NCBI GenBank assembly: GCA_002269645.1
Contig: NIVC01000285.1
Span: forward strand, 1 to 61,282
Origin: Macrostomum lignano
Lineage: Eukaryota
Length of the DNA: 61,282 nucleotides
Direction of reading: 5' to 3'
The notes under the pieces: generated by a model
Databases searched by the model: none
What the model saw: the letters and a program-made list of their open reading frames with translations, nothing else
What the model was told of the DNA's origin: nothing
In this document: one piece after another, positions 12,455 to 25,108 of the stretch
How the letters are laid out: each line of letters starts with the position of its first letter
Position numbering within the stretch: the stretch's first letter is position 1
Program-made: the position numbers and the translations under genes

Positions 12455-12570
12455 GTCAGAGGCACTAGCACCAGAGGCTTTAGCACCGGGGGCTTTAGCA
12501 CCGGGGGCTTTAGCACCGGGGGCTTTAGCACCAAGGGCTTTAGCACCGGGGCGCCAGCACCGGAGGCGCC
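12455..12570. repeat. 15-bp repeat (TTAGCACCGGGGGCT), left arm of an inverted pair
   Basis: About 7 copies; reverse complement of the array at 13175-13700. Confidence 0.9.
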
Positions 12571-13174
12571 AGCACAGAAGGCCATGAAGGTGCCCATTGT
12601 TCTTGTGTTTGGGGGGGGGGGCGCAGCTCCCTTGCCTACGTGTGCGCCACAGAGATGTATTGAGTGGTCTAAAATCCAACCCAGGCCTCACACATATAGG
12701 CACTATGAGGCCGAATGAATGAATGACTGAGGTTATTTTAGCAAGACCTGCAGCTCACAGCGGAAGGCTGACCAATTGGGTGGAGTTATTACATAACACT
12801 TGGGCGCGATTTTGAATGGCCTTCCTGGGGTGGCTCTCTAAACTGACTCATATTGTCGTCGGTGGATGGCAACATGAGCACAGCTCAGAGCTCAATCCTC
12901 TCGGGGTCGATTGCTAGCACTCAGTGTTGCCTAACTCTGAATTCATCTTTCCTCACCTTCTTCATTGCCAATTGTCTAAAGTTAAAGCTTAACACGTTAT
13001 CGGAAAGAAACGATGCATCGCCCTGCAGCATAGTGACAACACAATGCATCACAAGTTTATTCAAGAAAATCGTGCTTCTCATGGGAAAGCCGCGGTTCCG
13101 GTTTCTAGCTTGAAATATCGAATTGTGCTGGGAAAATGTGAGAGAACTTAATGAAACTCAGGGGCGTGTCCAGG

Positions 13175-13700
13175 GTGAGTCAGCAGCTAAAGCCCCGGTG
13201 CTGGCCCCCCCCCCGGTGCTGGCACCCCCGGTTCTGGCGCCCCCGGTGCTGGCGCCCATGGTGCTAAAGCCCCCGGTGCTGGCGCCCCCGGCGCTAAAGC
13301 CCCCGGTGCTAAAGCCCCCGGTGCTAAAGCCCCCGGTGCTAAAGCCCCCGGTGCTAAAGCCCCCGGTGCTAAAGCCCCCGGTGCTAAAGCCCCCGGTGCT
13401 AAAGCCCCCGGTGCTAAAGCCCCCGGTGCTAAAGCCCCCGGTGCTAAAGCCCCCGGTGCTAAAGCCCCCGGTGCTAAAGCCCCTGGTGCTAAAGCCCCCG
13501 GTGCTAAAGCCCCGGTGCTAAAGCCCCCGGTGCTAAAGCCCCGGTGCTAAAGCCCCCGGTGCTAAAGCCCCCGGTGCTAAAGCCCCCGGTGCTAAAGCCC
13601 CCGGTGCTAAAGCCCCCGGTGCTAAAGCCCCCGGTGCTAAAGCCCCCGGTGCTAAAGCCCCCGGTGCTAAAGCCCCCGGTGCTAAAGCCCCCGGTGCTAT
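13175..13700. repeat. 15-bp minisatellite (GTGCTAAAGCCCCCG), right arm of an inverted pair
   Basis: About 34 copies; explains the KPPVL and PGALA repeat ORFs. Confidence 0.95.
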
Positions 13701-14495
13701 AGCCCCAAATGAAGCAACTTGAACAGCTGACATCATAATTCTTGTCTAAAAAATTTACACGATGCTACTTACGAGAGTACATGTACATTGTAATCGCAAG
13801 CGTTCTTCGCTCTATTATTTTTAGTAGCATAAAGCACGTCAAATTGTATCAGATAACTAAATTCCATTGTCACCAATGACTCATTCAAAGTCATTGGAGT
13901 ATAAAAATCAATAAGATCTCTCTTTTTCTTTTTGCCAATGCCAAAATACGCAAAATGGTCGTCAGCAACTTTCACAAACCAACTGGACTTCATGTTTCGA
14001 TCGGCCTTTCAAAAAATTTCGGATATGAGGAGATCTCCGAAAAAAAGGGGAAAACGCGTCAGGATGACATTTTTTCGAGAGAGAAATTTGTCGAGAGAAA
14101 TTCGACAATCATATTTTAATATTTTTAGCAGAGTTAGCAATCAACGTTTCTCGCTTAATTATTTGACCCCAGCTACTTGCAGTAGAGCGCTTTAGACATT
14201 GCGCAGCAGACCAAAACGAGAGTGGGTTTTGTGTGCAATTTTCGCGATAGTTTGTAGCTAAATAGACTGGCAGTTTTTGCCTCCAAAATGGGAAGACAAC
14301 AAAAACAGCAGACCTTGTATATAGTCGCTATTGTTAGTTCCAAGATTGTGATGGTTTAAGTAAACAAGTAAAACAGCCAGCTTTAAGATATGCAGCATCT
14401 CATTTGAGCATTGGCATCTCAGCAACTCCCCTTAAGCCATGGCTTAACCCAACCCCTAACTTCTCCAACTGATGCTTGGCCTACCGGTAAGTAGC

Positions 14496-14697
<202 letters not shown>

Positions 14698-15159
14698 CCT
14701 CAGAAACCAGACACGCAGACAGACGAAGGCACTACAGACAGAACCCAGACCTGAATCCTCCCAAAGCAAGGGGAAAAAGTGTCAAGCAAGGCCTGTATTC
14801 AATCGATTTGGCTCACAGACAGTTTACCCGATGAGCGACAGCTGCAAGAGTTCACCAAATTCCTTCCCTCTTATTCTGCCTACGACGGGGGGGGGCAAAG
14901 CGCACTCAAGATCTCAGCTGACTGTCTTGTTTGACACTTCTAAATAAGCGCTGCGTAACCCTGGTGGCGGATTTGGCTAGAGAGGATCTTCTGTAGAAAT
15001 GCGAGTACAGAGGGTGATTAAGGAAAGGATAAATGCATGCAGTGGATGAATGCGATAAGTACAGGTCTCTTAGAGCGAGTGACTCGCGTCAGAAGAGTCT
15101 GTCAGTAAAAAAATGGTTTCAGAGAAGCGGACACGTGAGAAATGGAGATCGAGCGGAGA

Positions 15160-16190
15160 TGGAGTGATAGAGAGTGTGGAGTGTGAGATGGAGCGATATA
15201 GAGGGTAGGGTGAGAGGTGGAGTGTGAGAGTATAGAGTAAGAGATGGAGAATAGAGGGTAGAGTGAGAGATGAAGTAGCGAGGGTAGAGTGAGAGATGGA
15301 GTAGAGAGGGTAGAGTGAGAGAAGGAGTAGGGGGTAGAGTGAGAGAAGGAGTAGGGGGTAGAGTGAGAGAAGGAGTAGGGGGTAGAGTGAGAGAAGGAGT
15401 AGGGGGTAGAGTGAGAGAAGGAGTAGGGGTAGAGTGAGAGAAGGAGTAGGGGTAGAGTGAGAGATGGAGTAGGGGGGTAGAGTGAGAGAAGGAGTAGGGG
15501 TAGAGTGAGAGATGGAGTAGGGGGTAGAGTGAGAGATGGAGTAGGGGGTAGAGTGAGAGATGGAGTAGGGGGGTAGAGTGAGAGATGGAGTAGGGGGTAG
15601 AGTGAGAGATGGAGTAGGGGGTAGAGTGAGAGAAGGAGTAGGGGGTAGAGTGAGAGAAGGAGTAGGGGGGTAGAGTGAGAGATGGAGTAGGGGGGTAGAG
15701 TGAGAGATGGAGTAGGGGGGTAGAGTGAGAGATGGAGTAGGGGGGGTAGAGTGAGAGACGGAGTAGGGGGTAGAGTGAGAGATGGAGTAGAGAGGGTAGA
15801 GTGAGAGAAGGAGTAGGGGGTAGAGTGAGAGAAGGAGTAGGGGTAGAGTGAGAGAAGGAGTAGGGGTAGAGTGAGAGAAGGAGTAGGGGTAGAGTGAGAG
15901 AAGGAGTAGGGGTAGAGTGAGAGATGGAGTAGGGGGTAGAGTGAGAGATGGAGTAGGGGGGTAGAGTGAGAGAAGGAGTAGGGGTAGAGTGAGAGAAGGA
16001 GTAGGGGGTAGAGTGAGAGATGGAGTAGGGGGGTAGAGTGAGAGATGGAGTAGGGGGGTAGAGTGAGAGATGGAGTAGGGGGGTAGAGTGAGAGACGGAG
16101 TAGGGGGTAGAGTGAGAGATGGAGTAGGGGGTAGAGTGAGAGATGGAGTAGGGGGTAGAGTGAGAGAAGGAGAAGGGGTAGAGTGGTGAA
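15160..16190. repeat. Purine-rich 23-26-bp degenerate minisatellite (GGGGTAGAGTGAGAGAWGGAGTAG)
   Basis: About 40 copies with a variable-length G-run. Confidence 0.92.
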
Positions 16191-16639
16191 ATTGAGGAGT
16201 GAAATGGCTGTTAGGCTTGGCAGTGCCAGAAGCGATTGCGCTCTGAATAGTCAATGCTGGCTGGAGACGGGGGGCCCGGGCATCAAGAGCTTTTCTGAGT
16301 AGCTCAATTCCCTCATCGGCAGCAAGGCTTGCAGCTTCGCCAGCGGCCCAGAGCTGGAAGGGGTATAGGCGGGGGATCGATGCTAACCGCTGTTCAACAG
16401 GGCGTTTCAAGGAAGATTCTGGCTGAGCACGTGAGCGGCGGTGAGGGTGTGCAAGCGGCACAGGTCTGAGGGTTGAAAAAAGCTGCTATAGCCATTTTTG
16501 GAGTGCTGGCAAGCGGCTCAGTGAGCGCTAAACTCAACTCAATCCACTTAGAGATTTTTTCGTTTTTCCATGCTCAATTGCGAAACAAAATGCGCTGAGC
16601 GACTACTCCAGGACTGCAGGGAGAGCCTGCGAGCTGCAC

Positions 16640-18137
<1,498 letters not shown>

Positions 18138-18454
18138 TTCTCATCTCCCATCATTCCCATTTCCCATCAAGTGGTTATCGAAGCGCGTGCTTCCGTTCCG
18201 GTCCCGTATCGATCAATGATCCCCATGCCAGCAGCGTCCGTGAGAACCCGTCAATTCTCATCTGCCCAAGCAGGATGCCCAGCATTTTTTTCGTCTGTCG
18301 TCTGCCAGTTTCCTGCTCCACCTAATTGATTTCCCTGCCGCATCCCCTTTCTTCCTCACTGTCCCAACCATCAGTCGGAACCGCCGGGCATGAAATCCTC
18401 TTTTCCCACGATGAGAAGAACAGCTGACAGCCAACTGTGGAGGCCATTTTGAAA

Positions 18455-18680
18455 TGATGCTAATGGAATTTAGGGGCTCTACTATTCAGTGTGACTGGGG
18501 CGCCATCTGAGGCGCCATTTGATGCTAATGGAATTTAGGGGCTCTACTATTCAGTGTGACTGGGGCACCATCTGAGGCGCCATCTCAGGTGCCATCTGAG
18601 GCGCCATCCATTTTGCCATCTAAGGCGCCATCTCAGGTGCCATTTGAGGCGCCATCTGAGACGCCATCTGAGGCGCCACT
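18455..18680. repeat. 65-bp direct duplication followed by 12-bp (GGCGCCATCTGA) repeats
   Basis: TGATGCTAATGGAATTTAGGGGCTCTACTATTCAGTGTGACTGGGGC occurs at 18455 and 18520; a 12-mer array runs to about 18680. Confidence 0.85.
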
Positions 18681-19479
18681 TTAGCAGTTTAGCAGTAAAG
18701 TGGGTCAAATATTACAGTCAAAACAACATTTTCATGCATATATAACTATTTAAAGCAAACCAGTGCCGTGCATGGACACTGAACAACTGACCGCACTGAG
18801 CAGTTAAAGGATTAGTTGAGCATACACTAAAGCTAGCTTTGAGAATTGGGAAGAAAAATAGGCTTAATTTGTCAGTAGAAGCCTGTTGAGCTCAGTTGTT
18901 GAGGCCTTCTCTCTCCTCTCCTCTCCTCTCCTTTCCACTCGAGGCTCGACTATTGCGGCCCCAGCCTCCTTCATCTTTTTTACCTCAAGGGCCGGATAGA
19001 GAGCTTAGCGCATGACTGCGGACCAGAGGAGGGGGAGAGAAGAGAATAGATTTGGGTGAGAGAGAGAAGAGAGAAGAGAGCTGAGAAGAGACACAAACCT
19101 TAAGCGGGCCGGATTGTTGTTGTAAAGTTTCAAAAGAAAACTGGTATACATATGCGTTCAATGACTAAAACCCCTGGCATATATAGCGTATACCGACTGT
19201 TGAACCTGGGTACTTGGGCTATAGAAAGATGGCATGCAGCTCGACTTATACTATTTTTTTGTAGACTCTGGTTCAGACGTTAAAAGTACTTTGAAAATTG
19301 CATGACAATTGAGATCATCAGATCAATAATAGCAATTTTGCTGGCTGGATGAGTATGGTTTAGCTATGGGTTCGAGAATCTTTCTCGAGGGATTGAAATT
19401 TGAGATTTTCTAGAGCGAAGACAGACAGTGAAGATTAGAGACTAGCGAGTGCGAGTGAACTCGGAGCTAAGGATGCAGC

Positions 19480-20200
19480 TAGAGAGGCAGATAGAGAGGT
19501 AGATAGAGAGGCAGATAGAGAGGCAGATAGAGAGGTAGATAGAGAGGTAGATAGAGAGGCAGATAGAGAGGCAGATAAAGAGGCAGATAGAGAGGCAGAT
19601 AGAGAGGCAGGTAGAGAGGCAGATAGAGAGGGAGATAGAGAGGCAGATAGAGAGGCAGATAGAGAGGCAGATAGAGAGGCAGATAGAGAGGCAGATAGAG
19701 AGGCAGATAGAGAGGCAGATAGAGAGGCAGATAGAGAGGCAGATAGAGAGGCAGATAGAGAGGCAGATAGAGAGGCAGATAGAGAGGCAGATAGAGATTC
19801 AGATAGAGAGGCAGATAAAGAGGTAGATAGAGAGGCAGATAGAGAGGAAAGATAAAGAGGTAGATAGAGAGGCAGATAGAGAGGCAGATAGAGAGGCAGA
19901 TAGAAAGGTAGATAGAGAGGCAGATAGAGAGGCAGATAGAGAGGAAAGATAAAGAGGTAGATAGAGAGGCAGATAGAGAGGCAGATAGAGAGGCAGGTAG
20001 AAAGGTAGATAGAGAGGCAGATAGAGAGGCAGATAGAGAGGCAGATAGAGAGGCAGATAGAGAGGCAGATAGAAAGGCAGATAGAAAGGTAGATAGAGAG
20101 GCAGATAGAGAGGAAGATAGAGAGGCAGGTAGAGAGATAAGTAGAGAGGCAGATAGAGAGGCAGATAGAGGCAGGTAGAGAGGCAGGAGAGAGGTAGAGA
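19480..20200. repeat. 12-bp purine-rich minisatellite (GATAGAGAGGCA)
   Basis: About 58 copies. Confidence 0.95.
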
Positions 20201-20869
20201 AACATACACCCGTAGGTAAAATTTTCTCGATACACAGACTTAGAGAATGAAAAGAATATAATTAAGGAAACAGGAAATGGGATTCGGTTTCTCAACAGTC
20301 TAGAGGAATAGAGGCCTACAGGGAGCAATGAAAATGAAGAAAGATGATATTATGGAACTCCTAAACGATGGAAATTTAATAAATTATAACCCTGTCAAAA
20401 GTATTGATTGAGAAGTTGAAGCAGAATTGCACCTGGACAAAATGGACAGACAGGTGTTTTAGAACAGCTAAAACGTGGTGCAGTCAGGCGCAAGGGTTGC
20501 TGCAATTCAGCATGATAAAGCTCAAATTGCACTATATAATAATAATTGAAATGCTTTAGAAATGCTACATTGTAGACAAGAAACTTTGAGACAGGCAGAA
20601 AAAGAGTCAACTGTAACGCGTTCGGTCGATAGCGATGTGTCATGCCCGAGGGCATCTTAGTGACGCCATGGATCCATGGGCATTAGTTTTAGTACTGCAG
20701 GTACATATTGTCCTTTATACATACAGGCATGTACTGTTGATCAGTTTGTACTGACAGTTAAGGTTGACAAAGGAACACTATGCTGTACACAAGGAACTGC
20801 ATTATAGGTGTAGACATCGACTAGATTAAAGCAATCTTCCAAAAGTAGATGGCCATATTCAGAGATTAG

Positions 20870-22050
20870 ATTCAGACATCAAGAGACTAGATTCACAGAT
20901 CAAGAGACTAGATTAACAGATCAAGACACTAGATTAACAGATCAAGAGATTAGATTAACAGATCAAGAGACTAGATTCACAGATCAAGAGACTAGATTCA
21001 CAGATCAAGAGACTAGATTCACAGATCAAGAGACTAGATTCACAGATCAAGAGACTAGATTCACAGATCAAGAGACTAGATTCACAGATCAAGAGACTAG
21101 ATTCACAGATCAAGAGACTAGATTCACAGATCAAGAGATTAGATTAACAGATCAAGAGACTAGATTAACAGATCAAGAGACTAGATTAACAGATCAAGAG
21201 ACTAGATTCACAGATCAAGAGACTAGTTTCACAGATCAAGAGACTAGATTCACAGATCAAGAGATTAGATTAACAGATCAAGAGACTAGATTAACAGATC
21301 AAGAGACTAGATTAACAGATCAAGAGACTAGATTAACAGATCAAGAGACTAGATTAACAGATCAAGAGACTAGTTTCACAGATCAAGAGACTAGATTCAC
21401 AGATCAAGAGACTAGATTCACAGATCAAGAGACTAGATTCACAGATCAAGAGACTAGATTCACAGATCAAGAGACTAGATTCACAGATCAAGAGACTAGA
21501 TTCACAGATCAAGAGACTAGATTCACAGATCAAGAGACTAGATTAACAGATCAAGAGATTAGATTAACAGATCAAGAGACTAGTTTCACAGATCAAGAGA
21601 CTAGATTCACAGATCAAGAGACTAGATTCACAGATCAAGAGACTAGATTCACAGATCAAGAGACTAGATTCACAGATCAAGAGACTAGATTCACAGATCA
21701 AGACACTAGATTCCCAGATCAAGAGACTAGATTCACAGATCAAGAGACTAGATTCACAGATCAAGAGACTAGATTCACAGATCAAGAGATTAGATTCACA
21801 GATCAAGAGAGTAGATTCACAGATCAAGAGAGTAGATTAACAGATCAAGAGACTAGATTAACAGATCAAGAGACTAGATTAACAGATCAAGAGACTAGAT
21901 TCACAGATCAAGAGAGTAGATTAACAGATCAAGAGACTAGATTAACAGATCAAGAGACTGAATTCACATTTCAAGAGACTAGATTCACAGATCAAGAGAC
22001 TAGATTAACAGATCAAGAGACTGAATTCACATTTCAAGAGATTAGACATC
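20870..22050. repeat. 21-bp minisatellite (CAGATCAAGAGACTAGATTMA)
   Basis: Period 21 (21001, 21022); about 55 copies. Confidence 0.97.
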
Positions 22051-22499
22051 CTTAATCGCTTAAAACGTAGCGTTCCGACACCCGAAGAATAAAAATTATG
22101 AATACATTAATTTACAGTACTCGAATTTAAGTTTTAGCATAAATCCTCGCTAGCAGATTTTGGCTAATAAATCTCATAATTTCCTGTTTGAGCAGATTAA
22201 ATGATTGACCGTGGCTTATCTTGGGCCTGAAGATTAGGGATGCCAGCATTGGCAAGAAGTGCTCCCACCGCCAATGTCAGCGCAAAACAGCTGGAAAAGC
22301 ACAAACGACAAGCTGCTGTTTGGGGAAATCCCCACTGTATTTTCCGCTTATTTCCCTGATAATCTCAGTCAGTGTGTCCTCACCTTTATCGCTTATCCTG
22401 CCGTTCCTGCATCTGTTTCCGCTTCATCGCATTATCCAATAATTTCCATATTGCTCCATCAGTTGCTTTTGCCAAACCCAATTGCCAATCTCTACATAC

Positions 22500-23490
22500 T
22501 GACTCACTCATGAACTTACTCATAAACTCACCCATGAACTCACTCATGAACTCACTCATGAACTTACTCATGAACTCACTCATAAACTTACTCATGAACT
22601 CACTCATAAACTTACTCATGAACTCACTCATGAACTCACTCATGAACTCACTCATAAACTTACTCATGAACTCACCCATAAACTTACTCATAAACTTACT
22701 CATGAACTCACTCATAAACTCACTCATGAACTCACTCATAAACTTACTCATGAACTCACTCATAAACTCACGCATAAACTCACTTATGAACTCACTCATA
22801 AACTCACTCATAAACTCACTTATGAACTCACTCATAAACTCACTCATGAACTCACTCATAAACTTACTCATGAACTCACTCATGAACTCACTCATGAACT
22901 CACTCATAAACTTACTCATGAACTCACTCATGAACTCACTCATAAACTCACTCATAAACTCACTCATGAACTCACTCATAAACTCACTCATGAACTCACT
23001 CATGAACTCACTCATAAATTCACTCATGAACTCTCTCATAAACTCACGCATAAACTCACGCATAAAATCGCTCATGAACTCACTCATAAACTCACTCATG
23101 AACTCACTTATAAACTCACTCATGAACTCACTCATAAACTTACTCATGAACTTACTCATGAACTCACTCATGAACTCACTCATGAACTCGCTCATGAACT
23201 CACTCATGAACTCACTCATGAACTCGCTCATGAACTCACTCATAAACTTACTCATGAACTCACTCATAAACTCACTCATGAACTCACTCATGAACTTACT
23301 CGTAAATTCACTCATGAACTCTCTCATAAACTCACGCATAAACTCACGCATAAAATCGCTCATGAACTCACTCATGAACTCGCTCAAGAACTCACTCATG
23401 AACTCACTCATGAACTCACTCATGAACTCGCTCATGAACTCACTCATGAACTCGCTCATGAACTCACTCATGAACTCATGCATAAACCCA
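22500..23490. repeat. 12-bp minisatellite (CATGAACTCACT)
   Basis: About 82 copies; explains the NSLM and MSEF ORFs. Confidence 0.97.
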
Positions 23491-24064
23491 CTCATGAGTA
23501 AGCGCGCATGAAGTCTGCTTTTTTGACTGTTAAGCATTCATGCAATGCAGTCATCATTCACTTACTGGCGCGAGATAAAATCATTAATTTCTTTCTCGCA
23601 GAAATCTCTCCTAAAAATTTGCATAATCAGTTATACATGGCGGCCTTCGCTGCCTTAGAATCATAATGTCGGTCGGGCAGAAAAAAACTATGGAAACTGG
23701 AGAGACTTGACTAAATCTAAAATAGATGTTGCTCCAACCGATGCCCGGAGCCCAATTTCTCTCCGAAATCTCGCGCAGCTGCTAAGAGGTGTGTATTTTT
23801 AGAACTCCGTGAAAAACATTAAGTTTATTCTGGCATATTGTAAATACCAGAAAACACAGCTTTAAATAATGCCGCACTGTGCACGCAAGGACAAAAAAGT
23901 CACGAGTGACGAGGCTAAAAAAGTACATCTGTTCGTTGCGTTATTAAGCAGCTGGCTTAAGTGTTTTTAAAAAAATACATAATAAAAGCGAAGCAAAATG
24001 ATTATTTACTAAGTATTACATGTATTACACATTCATGGTTCATCAGCTGGTTAAAATTTTTACC

Positions 24065-24890
24065 ACCTTTGATATTGCTGCCACCCCACGAAAATCAATG
24101 ATAATTACTTTAATTCTACCGTCTTTGATGTTGCCGCTACCCCCACGAAAATCAATAATAGTTACTTTAATTTTACCACCTTTGATATTGCCGCCACCCC
24201 CACGAAAATCAATGATAGTTACTTTAATTTTACGCATTTGATATTGCCGCTACTCCACGAAAATCAGTAGACTGTTGCTTTAATTCTACCGCCTTTGGTG
24301 TTGCCGCCACCCCACGAAAATCAATAATAGTTACTTTAATTCTACCGCCTTTGATGTTGCCGCCACCCCCACGAAAATCAATGATAGTTACTTTAATTCT
24401 ACCGTCTTTGGTGTTGCCGCCACCCCCACGAAAATCAATGATAGTTACTTTAATTTTACGCCTTTGATATTGCCGCTACTCCACGAAAATCAGTAGACTG
24501 TTGCTTTAATTCTACCGCCTTTGGTGTTGCCGCCACCCCACGAAAATCAATAATAGTTACTTTAATTCTACCGCCTTTGATGTTGCCGCCACCCCCACGA
24601 AAATCAATGATAGTTACTTTAATTCTACCGTCTTTGGTGTTGCCGCCACCCCCACGAAAATCAATAATAGTTACTTTAATTCTACCGCCTTTGATGTTGC
24701 CGCCACCCCCACGAAAATCAATAATAGTTACTTTAATTCTACCGCCTTTGGTGTTGCCGCCACCCCCACGAAAATCAATAATAGTTACTTTAATTCTACC
24801 GCCTTTGATGTTGCCTCTACTCCACGAAAATCAGTAGACTGTTGCTTTAATTCTACCCACTTTGATGTTGCCGCTACCCCACTAAAATAG
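24065..24890. repeat. 57-bp minisatellite with variant monomers
   Basis: Period 57 (24604, 24661); the variant AATCAGTAGACTGTTGC recurs near 24260, 24490 and 24830. Confidence 0.92.
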
Positions 24891-25108
24891 TACAGATATG
24901 CTGAGACAAGATAATGCGATACACAGGTGTCTACAATGAGAACTCCAGTAAAATGAGTCTGCAACCAGTTTTTGTGTCCATCAGAGGAAACAATGAGCGA
25001 GGCAAATCAGATGTCTGCATATGGTGTGTCTATCCGAGAAAAAATTCATAAACAATTATTAGCTTCGAGTCGCACTGCTCACGCGGCGTTGAGTTGTCAC
25101 AGTCACAG

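Noticed and set aside
12850-13120. hAT transposase C-terminal remnant (RST...F...KKVRK on -)
   Set aside because: The similarity is too weak to call without a search.
14423-14486. Possible 64-bp + strand mini-exon (CTCAG...CG|GTAAGT)
   Set aside because: Good splice signals but no partner exons or homology.
22372-23537. About 380-aa NSLM and MSEF ORFs on both strands
   Set aside because: Stop-free frames of a 12-bp repeat.
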